A DNA stretch of 64,000 nt from Octopus sinensis (taxonomy: Eukaryota), in assembly GCF_006345805.1 (NCBI RefSeq), contig NC_043012.1:39742001-39806000 (forward strand), in the 5' to 3' direction. Below, piece after piece: positions 28,036 to 42,699 of the stretch; the stretch's first letter is position 1; each line of letters starts with the position of its first letter. Made by a program: the position numbers and the translations under genes. The notes under the pieces are model-generated. The model searched no databases and was not told where the DNA came from. It saw nothing but the letters and a program-made list of their open reading frames with translations.

Positions 28036-28215
28036 AGGCATGGCTGTGTGGTTAAAGAGTTCGCTTCTACAATATAAGTAATTCTGATTGGAGTTCGATC
28101 CCACTCTGCGTCACTTTGAACTTGTGGTTCTATCGTAAGCTTGTGATGCGTAATTAACTGTGCCTGGGGTTTTAATGGATGGAAACTTTTAAGAAACCCA
28201 TCGTATATGCAGACA
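28036..28215 (+). mobile_element. SINE family A, head fragment
   Basis: ggcatggctgtgtggttaaagag...ggagttcgatcccactctgcg...ggaaact...aagaaacccatcgtatat. Confidence 0.6.
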
Positions 28216-28693
28216 ACTTCGTGTTGCAAAAATATGGCATTCTTAGAAAGCTGGCAGTAATCTGCAATTTTACAACGCAAAACCTATTTTTCTACTGATT
28301 ATCTATGTTGTAGCGATATTTCGTTTTGTGTCATACAAGTCGGAGTAGTATATAGAGGAAATCCCCGGAAAAATTCGATTTATAAGCCGGAAAATAAGAA
28401 TTTCGGTGGAGGGGGATAATTCAACTATATTTATTCACGGAAATAACAAGTTTTTAAAATACAAGGTATATGAACATTAAAAGAGAAACGCATTAGGCAA
28501 TAAATAAAAATACAGTAACATCTTGGTAGGTTAAAGACTCATCCCAAAAGATCTTTAATTCAGATTAGGTGAAAAGGATTCGTTTTAGTATTTCAGATGT
28601 GAGAACAGAAGTGTGAGAAAGGAAAATGTTACGTGGTGCTTTTCAGTTTTAATGTATGGCCGCTGTTGTGGCTGTAGCTGTTATTTCTACTCT

Positions 28694-29004
28694 TGTAGCC
28701 AGGATATTTTCTTTGGTATCGGATGCAGTGTATCTCTTCTATACCGGAATGGTAATACACCGTTTCGTCTGATAGCTCTGCAAGACACCAACTTTGAATC
28801 ATCTACTTTGACTGTGACTCGAACTCGACTATAACATGTAACTGACAACTTCAACTGAGAACTCGTACAACGACTCTACAACGACTCTACAACGACTCTA
28901 CAACGACTGATACACGACCCCCCATACTGGTCGACGTCGTCTCACTTCATAGTGACTCAGCCATACCACTTGTCACGTGGGTAGGGTGTACCATGTTCAC
29001 TACA
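28694..29004. mobile_element. Possible solo LTR (TGTAG...CTACA) with internal 11-bp tandem repeat
   Basis: Short terminal inverted ends TGTAG/CTACA; (acaacgactct) x3-4 inside; no TSD found. Confidence 0.35.
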
Positions 29005-30061
29005 GCAAAAAAAAAAATAACGAAGTGATGTCTAAGAATGTGAAAATTTGTAATACAAGAAAGTCTTGAATTATTAAACTTCATCAGAAAAGCTAGGTCA
29101 GTTGAATTGGTGCACACAGAAACAAGGTGTTGCGGAAAAAAGGAGCGAATAGCTGCGACCCAGGATATTGAGAGGAAGGAAAACAGTTTGAATGATAAAA
29201 ATAAATTTAAACAATGAAATCATTTTGGTTATAAGCGATAAAAAGATGCAGGGAATTGAGACAAGAAATGACGAGGTCGGCGACTAAAATGTCACATCAA
29301 ATATATATTATTTCTAGAAAAAGAGATTAGGTTTATTCCCGTTTACGCATCGTGATTTTAGTCTGAAAAAGTATTAGAATTTGTCCCCGAGGTTCTGGAA
29401 AGGCAATATTACAAACCTTATGCCAAAACTATGGATTATTGGTGATACTTCGCAATTCCATTAAGTGTGAAATTCCATAGTTATATTCCGCGACGTAACT
29501 GGAGTTTATATATGTGTGTGCGCGCGCGTACGTTTCACTGTTGGCTTTGAGCGAAAGACAAAAAAATTTACCTTACGAATGCAGAGCAGACCTTCGTGTT
29601 ATTTGTGCTGCAACTAATTACAGATACTTCACTGTTCCTGTCGACTGCATAAATACAGTAAACCAATGATATGCTATATGTTGTAAACCTATAAGCAACG
29701 ACGCTAATGTTCACTACATCCTATATACAATAAATACAATTATATAATATGAAAATCATTTGTTTTTCTGTTTGGCAAGAAAGGCCAATATCGAACATCA
29801 TGTGTTTAATATCGATTGATATTGATCTCAATATATCAGTGACAGATGATATCTTAGCGGCATATGAAGAATTAAAAGCCAGACTAACTAGAAAATCTCT
29901 AGGCAATCAATCAGCCTGCAAGAAATAGCAACCAAATCCCTCCCAAATAGTGACCTCATCAGTTACGACCCAAAAGTAAAAGGGACAATGTAGTCCAAGA
30001 TATATCTGCAAACAGGGATCCATTCAGCCAAAAATCTGCTGGGGGTCGGGATGATATGGTC

Positions 30062-30284
30062 TTTTATCATTTACTTGTTTTAATCATTGGACTGCGGCCA
30101 TGCTGGGGCTTTCCTTTGAAGAATTTTAGTGGAACGGATTGACCCCGGGATTTATTCATTTTTTAAGCATGGTACTTATTCTATAGATTTCTTTTGCCAA
30201 ACCGCTAATTTACGGGAACGTAAACAAACCAATACCGGTTATCAAGCAGTGGTGGTAACAGCAGATACATACACACACACATGT

Positions 30285-30328
<44 letters not shown>

Positions 30329-30590
30329 GTATGTATGTATGTATATATATATATATGTATATATATAAATGTATATATATATATATACACACACACATAT
30401 ATATATATACATACATACATGCATATATACGGCGGGCTTCTTTCAGTTTCGTTCTACAAAATCCACTCACAAGGCTTTGTTCGACCTGGGGCTATAGTAG
30501 AAGACAGCTGTCCAAGGTACCACGCTCTGGGGCTAAGCTTGGAACCATGTAGTTAGAAAGCAAACTTTTTACCTCAAAGCCACGCCAGCC
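30062..30590 (-). mobile_element. SINE family A, full length
   Basis: Head, cttggg-type core, internal TA tract and ccagcatggccgcagtc tail all present. Confidence 0.85.
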
Positions 30591-30692
30591 TCTGTTGATG
30601 CTAAACCACACCAAAAGAACCAATTTAAATTCAGTTGGAATATGCTTTATTGTTATTTTGTTTTTGTTGTTTTAGACTTTCCTATGTCTTTA

Positions 30693-30727
30693 GTTTCCGA
30701 AGAAGAGCTTTGCTCGAAATGTAAAAC
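30693..30727 (+). ncRNA. Minimal hammerhead motif, family 2, copy 2 (core mutated)
   Basis: GTTT-CCGAAGA-A-GAGC(TTT)GCTC-GAAA-TGTA-AAAC; U4C change probably inactivates it. Confidence 0.45.
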
Positions 30728-31884
30728 AACCACTCTTTCTTTCCTTCTCTGAGCGTCTTATTAATACTTGACATGTATCACGTGCTCGCGCTGTTGTTTT
30801 TTCTTGTCTTTTTTCTTCCTTCTTTTTTTATTTATTTTTTTATTAATATATACATATACACATATATATTTATAGTTTGAAGATATTTTGTTAAGGGAGA
30901 AGGGCTCAGCTCAATTTATTCCTTTAAGGTTGTATTATTATAGAAATGATACCAGTAACTATTTCGGGGAACCAACTGATTATAGCAGCCGAATATCCCA
31001 TTATTTACTCGTTACTTTTTAATATATTAGAAAAATATTGGCTGACGTAATTCACTGCTTGAAAATAAAACACGTGACCGTAGCGACCGGAAATACTTTA
31101 AATCATAGATCCGTACGATCAAGAACAGCCTGGGGTTTTAAAATTATAAAAAGACAACCACCACATCAATAAACCTCACTACCACCACAACTACCACTAT
31201 TCCCGCGTCGATTCAAGTAAAGAACACAAACGACGAACAATAACATCAACAACAACATCAAAATCAAACTCCACGTTGTCAGCCATTATTCTTATTCACT
31301 ATCATTTTTGTTGCTTTGGAATAGAAAATACGTATGTGGGGAAGACAGCGAGAGGGGGGGGAGAGAAGGGGGTGTATATTTATATCGAAGGAGAGTAAAA
31401 GAGAGAGAGAGAAAGAAATAAAGAAGGGGATAAAGAATTATTATATGGAAGACAGACTTGTTCGATTACTCGTGCATTCATTGGTTCAAGGCCACTTTAC
31501 AAACTGCTTGGTCATCAATATATCGGCATTATCGGAGAAGGATGGAGTTAGTGAGAATCATTTGCGTATTATAAATTCATTGATTCTCTGTGTCTGACTA
31601 AGAATAAAGACTCAAATAGAAAAATGTCAGCCTAGCCTAAATAAATATTGAATATTCAGTAGTCGTCAGTAAAGGGCGAATAAATTCCGAGCATATAACA
31701 CTGTAAATGCAAATGTTTTTAAGAAACATAAGGTGAGATAATTGCGTTTACTCATATAGACAAGTTATAATTATTATTATTTTAAATATTAACCACTACT
31801 ATTTTTTAGCCTTGATTGTTGACACTGGCATAAGGTTAGAGACTTCTAGGGTGCAGTCGATTAAATCAACACTGCATTTGTCTG

Positions 31885-32420
<536 letters not shown>

Positions 32421-32435
32421 TATAATAATAATTTG

Positions 32436-32610
32436 TTGTCAGATTCGTTAGCACGTTGGACAAAATGCTGAGTGGCACTTCTTCCGGCTTTTTCTGCTCT
32501 GACTTCAAATAACGTACAGGTCAACTTTGCCCTATTTGTCCCCTTTTCGGGATACGATAAAATTAAGTGCTAGTTAAGTACTGAGATCAACGCAATCGTT
32601 CTTCCCTCTC
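32436..32610 (+). mobile_element. SINE family D
   Basis: cgttagcacgttggacaaaatgctgagtggcac...gataaaattaagtgctag. Confidence 0.65.
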
Positions 32611-32674
32611 TGGTAATACTACTACTACTACTACTACTACTACTACAAATAATGATGATAATAATAGGCAACAC

Positions 32675-32930
32675 TGTATGGAATGCGAGAGGGTAATTGT
32701 AAAAGTGATACCAGTGGTGATCGGAGAGTTGGGCTCAATGCCATTGAAATTTTAAGACTCCTTAAGGCAACTGGAAATCCCATGCAAGATTGATGTCCTT
32801 CAAAAAGCAGCCTTAACGGGCATAGCGCACATCTTCAAGAAAGTATTATCTGTCTGAGGTCCTTGTTGTGACTTGACAGAGGACTAAAGACTCCGGTGCA
32901 TTTTTACCTACACTCTGTTACGAAGGAATA
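32675..32930 (+). mobile_element. R4/Dong-like RLE LINE, 3' relic between TAA-rich tracts
   Basis: VKVIPVVIGELGSMPLKF*DSLRQLEIPCKIDVLQKAALTGIAHIFKKVLSV*; followed by (AAT)-rich tail. Confidence 0.8.
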
Positions 32931-32957
32931 ATAATGATAATAATAATAATGATAAAT

Positions 32958-33122
32958 AACTTTGGCACAAGGCCAGCAATTTCGGTGGGAAAGGATAAGT
33001 TAATAACATCGACTTATTGACCAGTGTTCAAGAATGAAAGGTTAAGTCGACCTCGGCAGAATTTGAACGCAGAACGTAAAGATGGACGAAATGCCGCTAA
33101 GCATTTTGTCCGGCATGTTATT
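32958..33122 (-). mobile_element. SINE family D
   Basis: gccggacaaaatgcttagcggcatttcgtcc...gttcaaattctgccgaggtcgac on minus strand. Confidence 0.8.
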
Positions 33123-33539
33123 GTTTGTATGTGAGACCAAGTGACGACTTGACAGATGCCACAGCGAGAGACAGGAATGTCTTCTCGCAGCATATATTCC
33201 ATCTGTTTGAGGTGTGAATTATTCAGTGGTTGGCTTAATATGTTAGAGACTGGTTGCACACCACCACATGGTACTTGGCTGTCTTCAGCAGAATTCCTTT
33301 TGTTTTAGTATTTGAGCCTGGTCTCCGATTTAGAATGAATTTGTGCCTTCCACTTTCGGAGGGACTTGGAATAGAAATAACACCCAGTTCTGTGCTTCTC
33401 TACCTGAATAAACGGTAAAAGGATGCGCTCTTTTGCTTTTTCAGAAAACTGATACTCTTGGAGATAAGAACAAAGATCAGATTGAGTCAGTAAAGATATT
33501 GAAAGGATGGTAGATGACTACATTACATTCATAAGTTTA

Positions 33540-33900
33540 ATAACCATGTAGATATTATAAATGGAGAGATGTTATAATAAACAGACATCGTAACTATACA
33601 AACGCAATACTTACATGCGATTTATAATGATTATAGATATGCACAAACAGAGCTCATGCATAAAGGTTATAAATAGCAGATATAGTTAAGACGGTATTAT
33701 AAACATACCGGCGCTATAAATATACAGGTATATGTATAAATAGACATTATAAATAGCAGATGTTATAAATTAAACTGATATTATAAAGAGACATTATAAA
33801 CAAACATAAAGAACATTTAAAATATACAGGCATTATATACACACTGACTTTAAAAACAAATGTTATAAATAAACAGATGCTATAAAAATATATATAACAA
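33540..33900. repeat. Degenerate minisatellite built on gaNRttataaa-like units
   Basis: Many copies of ttataaa/ctataaa at ~15-20 bp spacing. Confidence 0.55.
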
Positions 33901-34096
33901 CGGTCGGAATTGATATAATTTGTGAAATAGCTCCATATGGTATACACTTCAAAATCTAATGTGAAATCGGTAAGGTTTAATCATATATTTTAAAATTTAA
34001 TTAAATTCAAATTAATTTTAATATATTCTCTGTGCGTTTTCAAGATCTTTTTTCTATTCCTCCACTTATTTGGATAAATAACTATTTCTCTCTCTA

Positions 34097-34149
<53 letters not shown>

Positions 34150-34170
34150 CTCACTCTCTATATCTTTCTT

Positions 34171-34209
<39 letters not shown>

Positions 34210-34231
34210 CATACATATATATGTGTGTGTG

Positions 34232-34620
34232 TGTGTACTTGTTTCAGTCATTAGACGGCAGCCATGCTGAGGTACCGCCTTGGCGAAACTTGGTCGAATG
34301 TATCGACACCAAGTACTTTTTGTAAAGCCTAGTACTTATTCTATCGGTCTCTTTTGCCAACCAAACTGTTACGGGGACGTAAACAAACCAAGTAGTAGTT
34401 GTTAGACAAACATAACGCTCGCACGTGCACACACTCAGGTATACATATGTGAATATATATATATATATACGACTTCTTTCAGTTTCCGTCTACCAAATCC
34501 ACTCACAAAGCTTTGGTCGGCCTAGAGTATAGTAGAAAACACTTGTCCAAGGTGCCACACATTAGGACTGAACCCGGAACTATGTGGTTGGAAAGCAAGC
34601 TTCTTTGCCTCGCAGCCACT
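34232..34620 (-). mobile_element. SINE family A
   Basis: gtttcagtcattagacggcagccatgctg ... tttcagtttccgtctaccaaatccactcac ... ggaactatgtggttggaaagc. Confidence 0.85.
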
Positions 34621-35031
34621 CTTTTTTTGTGTCAGGGTCTATTTTCTGCCGTGTTGGTTCACACTTCTGTAGGTAAATCAACAGATATGTGGTACAAGTC
34701 CATCTGTGAAAATGTTGGTCGTGTCTCTCATATTGATGATTCTAATGCTGAACATTTACTGCGATAATAATGTAGCAAATGACATCGAGGTTTCCTTCTT
34801 TAGTTATTTGTTTTCGAAAAGAAGCATAGAAACTTCACTCTGTGAAAATATGTAATCAAGATAGTTTTCCTTATAATCATCATCATTATCATCATCATCA
34901 GCAGCAGCTTCGTCATCACTATTACAGTCATTAGTGACAATCTTTTATCATTGATGGCAACAACATTATCATTATTAACCACATTATTAACAAAGCCATT
35001 AGAAAAAACAATAACAACATTTTTTGTGTCC

Positions 35032-35084
<53 letters not shown>

Positions 35085-35768
35085 AAGTACAATACTATTA
35101 TTAAAATTATTAATAAAACGAGTGATAATGATTATAGCTGTGACAATTACTTGATATTCATGATGTGGAAGATGTTTAATTGAAAACATAAGGGTGAAAT
35201 GTGTGTGTGGTGGAGGGTAGGGTTGTCATGGTGATTGTTGTTGCTGTTGCTATTATTGTTATTGTTATAATTATTATTAATATTAAAGCACAAATAGATG
35301 ATGCTGGTGGTGGTGAGGAGGATGAGGAGGAGGAGAAGAAGAAGAATTAAGATCGTGGACATTGTGGTTTGAGTGGAGGTGATGTTAATGATGAAGATGA
35401 TGAGGATAATGATAAGGGGGAGTATTTTGTTTGTGGTGAAGGTGGTGGTAGTGATGGTGGTGTTGACGCTAATGATGATGATGATGATGATGAAGATGGT
35501 GTCGATAATAACATTGACTAGCCATCTTGTATTTAACATAACAGTTCATGTCTGGTAGTTAGATGTGTTGCTGTCGATATGGGTGATGGTGGTGGTAGCG
35601 GTGGTAGTTTTGGTGGTGGCCTTGCTTGTTGTTGTGGTGATGGCGGTAGTGGTGGTGGTAGTGGTGGGGGTATGAGAGTTTGATGAAGATAATATTCAAT
35701 GACATTAATGATGTAAACAAGCACACACTCATACGCATACATGTGTACCCACAATCATACACATACTT

Positions 35769-35803
<35 letters not shown>

Positions 35804-36061
35804 AAGCGATACAACAGCAACATGAAGAAAGAAAAACGAAAACAAAACCAGAACGCAACCAACAACAACATTAACAATAACGACAACAGTATAATCAATA
35901 AAAAGACAAAAAAAGCATAACAAAAATTACTAAATATTCTCAGCATCAACTGATCAGGAATGGAAGGGGCAGGGGTGAGACGATGTTGTGTTTGAAATAT
36001 TTAAACGTCTATTACCATTTATAATAACATTATTAATGATAATTATAATAATAACTATAAT

Positions 36062-36099
<38 letters not shown>

Positions 36100-36119
36100 T
36101 GATAATATTAATAATAATC

Positions 36120-37420
36120 GGACAATTGAAATTGAATCCTGAGGCAAAAGAACAAGAGAAAAATTACTAAACAGGACTAGACAGTGTAATAACACGTAAT
36201 ACATCGATATTGAACAACCAGCATTAATGCATACCAGTTTGCATGGTCAATACTTGCGTCATCTCAATGCTCCGTCCTCCAATATATAAAAAAAATAATT
36301 AACTTTAGTCTAGATAAACAAATACAGTCTTGAATGGAGCAAGAGAAGCCGCAGTGTGTGCCACACAACACCTGGCTTTCGTCACAAAACACATTAAATT
36401 CAATTGGGATAATTTCTGTAATATACACTACAAATGTCGACCATATGTATTTTCTGCAGCAGGAATTTATATTGCATCACAAGCTTCTACACTAGATCAT
36501 AGGAACACTTAGTTTAAATCTCTTATAGAAACGCACTCAGTAGAACACATTTGGACATCTGACTTGTCTCTGAAATAAAAAAATATTGAGCTTATGCAGA
36601 GGGGAAGTCCACCAGAGAATGGCAAATGTCATAAGTGTTGTAATAATTGACATCGAAATACGAAGAATATTTATTAAGTAGAACTGAGTTGAAAAATCTA
36701 GGGAATTGCAAGAACGAAGTTGTTGAAGGCAGTTAAGAAATGTGTCCGTCATTTCATTCGTAAATGATCAAATTTGGATGCTTCACAGCGACTTCTGTAA
36801 AGGCATCGACAAATTACTTCTGGAGACAGGCACGGGAACATTCCAGAAAAGAGCAGTATCTGCATCCATAAGTATTGTTGTAACAAGATTGTTGTAGTAA
36901 TCTTACACATCCTTTGGACATTTTTGTTTGTGGTTTTCAAAATGGACAAGATATTATTTTGATGAAACAAAGAACATCTTGATACATTTTTTCTAATAAT
37001 GAATAGCAAAAGAAATAATAATAATGATCAAGGCCAAGAGACTCAATAGAATTGCGAAGGACTGTAAAAGAATATGTCTTTTAATTGACCCGAGCGTACT
37101 ATTGGATTGTAACATCTCTTGGAAAGAGTTCCGAAAGTTCAATCAATATAAATATCCGATAAGTAAAAATAAGAATTTGGGATTTTAAGACTTGTACAAT
37201 GCCAAAAAAGAAAACCCGCTGCACTTGGAAAGATAGACAAGAAAACAGAAAAGTATTTGGAACAGATGCCTGGAAAGCTATTCTTTGCAAAAGATACAGA
37301 AAATATGGCTGACTGTCACTGTACATATCTTGCGAACGGTGTTACCAGTTAAATACTTTACAAGACATTTACTGTTGTGTTTATGCCCTTAGAGTGACAG
37401 TTGTGAGGCAATTAATTGTC
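36120..37420 (+). mobile_element. Heavily decayed R4/Dong-like RLE LINE (~1.3 kb of 3' ORF)
   Basis: Fragments LHGQYLRHL, IKAKRLNRIAKDCKRICLLIDPSVLLDCNISWKEF (PD-(D/E)xK RLE region), ALGKIDKKTEKYLEQMPG and IQKIWLTVTVHILRTVL; begins directly after (TAA)n. Middle part assigned less securely. Confidence 0.65.
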
Positions 37421-37502
37421 AAACGTGCATATTAACAATTTTGCCTAAGGTATCAAGATGACACTCGGCAAGATATGGGAAAGATTCAAATAGTAATAAT
37501 AA

Positions 37503-37712
37503 TCCTTTCTACTCTTGGCACAAGGCCTAACATTTAGTGGGAGGGAGGCGCCTAGTAAACTACATCGCTCCCAGAATATCACTGGTACTTATTTTATCGA
37601 CCCAGAAATGATGAAAGGTAAAGTCGACCTCGGCAGAGTTTGATCTCAGAATGTAAAAACGAAATGCCGCTAAGCACTTTACTCGACATTTTAACAATTC
37701 TGCCAGCTCGAC
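37503..37712 (-). mobile_element. SINE family D
   Basis: gagctggcagaattgtt...gaggtcgactttacctttcatc...gggtcgataaaataagtaccag on minus strand. Confidence 0.8.
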
Positions 37713-38338
37713 ACCTTAATGATGATGATGATAATAATAGCAATGAGAAGAAGAAGAAGCAGAAGAAGAAGAAGCAGAAGAAGAAGAAGAAGAAGAAGAA
37801 GAAGAAGAAGGAGAAGACTGTTATTATTTTCTAGTAGATATAATCTCTTGGGACAGGTTATATATATGCGTGCGTGAGTGTGGATGGTGAGTAGTTAGTG
37901 AGATGGGTAACCAGCCAGCAACTGAGAGGTTACCAGTTCACACTCTGTCCCCATCCGTACTCTATCGTCTACAAGAGTAATTCATCTCAAAATCCCAGAT
38001 TAAGAATCTTTCGCCAATCTAACGAACAGTAGTAGTAAGGTGTAAAGTTTTGGTGAATGTTGACATCAATTTGAATTGTGTGGAGGCTGTAAAACATCTG
38101 CAGCGGATTCTGCGTACCATGCAAGAGTTGATGTGTCCCTGTTCGGCTCTGTTGGAAGAAATTTGTAGTCAAACACTAAACATTGAACACCGTGATCTGA
38201 AAAGGAATTCTTTTACCTAAACATAGTTATTAACAGGTTTTTTTGTTTCATTACTCAAATGTCGTTTGTAAATGAGAGACGTGAAACGCAGGCAGGAAAT
38301 TTGCAGTTTCGTATTTAATACACACACACTCAAACACA

Positions 38339-38379
<41 letters not shown>

Positions 38380-39074
38380 TGACACAATATTTTTAGTATT
38401 GACTGTTCCCTTTTTGTTCCTTATCTATAGAGAAGTCTTTACTGTTAAGTGTTTACACGATTATAGACATATATAATATATTCGTGCGTGTGAGTGTATG
38501 TATATGTACGTAGGCGCACAGACACCTATAACACTCAGTATTTGTATGCATTTATGAAATTAAAGACAAACCTGGAAAAGGTTAAATTTTATTAACCTAA
38601 GTGTAAATGTGCCACAGCAGAAATTCCTGCTTTTAAGAACAACTAAACTGTTTATTGAGAACAAATGGAAGTTTTCAGAAAAAGTACTCGACTGAACGGC
38701 AAGCGCATGACAATGATAGAATCAGTAAAGATGATAGCATCTGTGTTGCCAAAGGACCATTAGAAGAAGTACAATGTGAAAATCTATTGGGACATGAAAG
38801 CACCTCATCAATTGTCACTTTATACAGAGATTGTACAACGAACAGTTTCAATGCTTGTACACAATGTTGCTTGATAGAAAAACCATTGACAACTGATTCT
38901 CCGGAAAGAGCCAAGTTAATTGAAGAAATTAAATGAATTTATTGAAGCTAAACTCTGTAGAATGCTGTTCCTACTTTAGACTACCGCATAGAATTCATGA
39001 GAGAAAACGGCAGTGGTTTGGTTGGACAACTTCAGTGTAATAAAATAATAGTATTTGCTGGGAGCAGGGTTGGT

Positions 39075-39270
39075 GGAGGGCGGTTGTATCGACAGAATTC
39101 TTTAAGTGGTGGACCAAATGACTTGCGGCAGTTTGTTACCTTATCGTTCTGAGTTCAAATGCCGTAGAGGTGTGACCTTATCTTTCATTCTCCAGCGATC
39201 AGTAAAATAAAATGTTAGGTCGGACTAATCCATTATCCCCACCCGGCAAATTTCAAACCTTTTTCCTTTT
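39075..39270 (+). mobile_element. SINE family D, degenerate
   Basis: ttctgagttcaaatgccgtagaggtgtgaccttatctttcattc. Confidence 0.55.
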
Positions 39271-39814
39271 GTTAAACATGAGCACAGTAATCCGAACGAA
39301 TCTTTGCAACGTTATTCTTAATAAGTCGAGGCAGGTTCAGACGTAAATTATGTTACGAGAAAGATTGTCATTTAGATAATTGGTTTCGGTGCCAATAGGG
39401 GTTCGGTGAAGAATATTCTAGAGTCTACTAAATAAAGTGTCTTTTAATGAAAATTGAAATGTGTTTTCTAAAACAAATGCAATCCATTTCAAAACAATGC
39501 AATACTGTCTTTTATAAAGAGATATCACGATATCGACCAGACTATCGGATGCAGTTATACATCACTGTTCACAATGCACTTTGCATTGTTATGGCTTTCG
39601 AATGATGCCATCCTGCTGGTTTGGCGATCAGGCAAGCATTTCCCCTGATCGGAAAGTAACTCCATCACAAAAAATACACGAGTTTCAACTAAAAATATAG
39701 AATTGCTGCTGTTTTATAACCGCAGATCATTCCCATTACAGCATTTCTTTCCCAATAGGTGTTCCAGCCGTGACCATTCAGTATTATATTCAGAGCGTTT
39801 CTAAGAACATACGA

Positions 39815-40130
39815 AGGCGCGTGGCTTGGTAGTTAGAGTATTCGGCTTACGATCATAAGGTACTGAGTTCGATTCCCGGCGGTGCGTTGAGTCCTTGAAC
39901 AAGACACTTTATTTCACTTTGGTCCAGTTAGCACAAGTGGGTTGTACCTGTAATTTAAACAGGGCCAGCCTTGTCACATTTTGTGTCACGCTGAATCTCT
40001 CTGAGAACTGCATTAAGGGTACGCGTGTCTGTGGAGTGCCCAGCCACTTTAAATTTCACAAGCAGGCTGTTCCGTTGATTGGATCAACTGGGACAGTAGT
40101 CGTCGTAACCGACGGAAGTGCTTGTTATCA
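39815..40130 (+). mobile_element. tRNA-derived SINE family B
   Basis: Head ggcgcgtggcttggtagttagag...gagttcgattccc; 3' domain gtgtctgtggag...gtcgtcgtaaccgacgg shared with 48169 copy. Confidence 0.8.
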
Positions 40131-40898
40131 GAGTGCCTTCTATTTATGTCTTTTCCCTTTCTAACAGTATAACGTGTGAGCTGTGACAATTTACCGGCTA
40201 ATTCTACCAAATACGACATAGTGTCTTTGTGACGTCCCAGCCGTGACTCCGCCGTCACTTTGTGTATTAGTATATAAATACTCTGATGATTATGCTATTC
40301 CTAGCAGGTCAGGACTGTGTCACTTCCTAACCACAGTTATTATATGAAGCCATTTGTAAAGTACGAAACCCTTACATACGCACACAACCCGTACACACAT
40401 TCATACGCACACGCTCTCACACTCACATTTATATACACATAATTATATAATACAAGCATATATTTAATTCATACAGGGTGATTGCGGCTTCCAAGTTTCT
40501 TCTAATAACGGCTCATCAGCCAGCCACACACTTCGAAGCTACAGTCTTTCTTTCCAATAATACCATGCCTAGATTTTCCTCCCATTCTGACTCCTTTTAC
40601 TTCAGAAAATTTTTACCTGTTTTTCGTAAATTTAATGTTAAAATCATTAACTTGAAATGCACAGTACACAAAGTACCACACAAGAAAGAAATAATAAATA
40701 AGTACGGAAAGAGATAACATTATCATTGGCATCACAATCACCAGAATCATCTTACCATTTTGCCAGAAGTATTTCACTGAGATCACGTTTATTTCATAGT
40801 AAAATTTTTCTTATCATTTTTGGAATTCTATCTTTAGCATCCGATTCATACCTATCAATAATAATAATTATTATTATTGTTATTATCATTATTATTCA

Positions 40899-40936
<38 letters not shown>

Positions 40937-41004
40937 CATCATCATCATCATCATAACAACAACGATATTAATATTAATAACAACAAGTAATAATAATAAT
41001 AATA

Positions 41005-41042
<38 letters not shown>

Positions 41043-42253
41043 TAATAGCAATAATAATATCAACAACAATAATAATAACAGTAATAATGATAATAGTAGT
41101 GTCAGTATAAAGTTGTAATAAATTTAACTAGATATAATGAGTTCTAATTAGGTAGAAGTTAATGTAATTACAATGCAATTAGCTCTAATTACATGTAATT
41201 CACGTGATTATGGGTGAGCTTGGTCTAACTTTATATACAGTTGTAATGGAAGATAATAATAAGTGTGTATGGGAGCGGGGATGTGCATCAGGAGTGAATA
41301 TCATTTCTGAGAGGAAAGGGAAATTTTGCCAAAATGATTGTAGCAAACTTCAAAATCAATACTCCACCAAAACGGACAGGTCAGAACAGAAAACATATAC
41401 ACACACATACTTATTATATACACTACCATATATACACATTAGTGTAATTATGTGTGTGTATGAATGTACATATACGTGGGTGTGTGCCGATGGAGACACA
41501 TCAGTGTATACATGTATATGTTCATATATATATATACATACACACATATATATACAAACACAAACGCACGCACTCAGGGGTGTGTCTATGTGAGTTTGTG
41601 TGTGTGTGTTTATAACGATAAAAGCAACAAAAGAAAAAAAAGCATGTTTTTAAGTGCGTTAACATGAAACTATGGTGTAGCGAGTCTCTTATTGCGATAA
41701 CTACATTCGCCAATGGTCGTTCGGTAAATTATAATTTCAGCCATTTTTGGTTGTTTCAGCCATTCCGACGAGTGCAATCATTTCTGAAAGTGTCTAGCGC
41801 ATTAAAGACACACACACACACACACACACACTCACGCACGCATGCACACACATCATATCACCGCTCTAAATTAGCTTTCAACCCTTAATAGTTTTCTAAA
41901 TAAAATCATTTAAGTTCTATTTTGTTGTTTTAATTTCACTTTTACATCATAATTTTTTGTAAAAATTATTTCCGATATTTCTAATATGTAGAACACAACG
42001 TCTTCTGCTTGTAGGCGCGCTTAAATTGTAAGACTGTAAACAAGGGACCTAACATTCATAAGATAAACTGATCGAGCCTTTTTTAAAGTATAAACAATGC
42101 AACCTGGTACGGATCTGGTCTTTGGTGCCATCGATTGAAACATGTAATTCCCAACGAATGTGTTGAGTGTTCTTCATTCGTTTGTCTACTCACATCTATA
42201 TGCCTCTGTGTGTGTGTAAGTGTGTGTGTGTAAATGTTAGTGTGTGTGTAAGT

Positions 42254-42287
<34 letters not shown>

Positions 42288-42699
42288 AGCCGTGCTGTAC
42301 TCTGACATGGAAATATTAATGAAAGGGTTACAACGTGAAAGGAATCAAGACGCATTTTCCCCAACATCTTTTTGTTTTCTTCTCTCTCCGTCCGAAAGGG
42401 TATTCAACCTAGTGGTCACTATCGACGTGAGATCTGCTGGATTGGGGGGGTTGTAACCCAGAATTTGTTTTATCCCTACATTACTTGGGGTTTGTAGTTT
42501 GGGGGTTCCGGCCATGAGGTGGTTGTATATATCAAGCAGTGTTGGTCATGTGAAGGAAGGGCGAGATGAAAGAAATGCTGGATTCGGTTCGGGGATAAAA
42601 TGAAGTGTTCATGTCAGTGGGGTCAGCTTTCATCATAGTTCTGCTTGACCACAACTGACCTGGCAGCAACAACAGCAAATCCGCGGACGCTCTCTCTGT

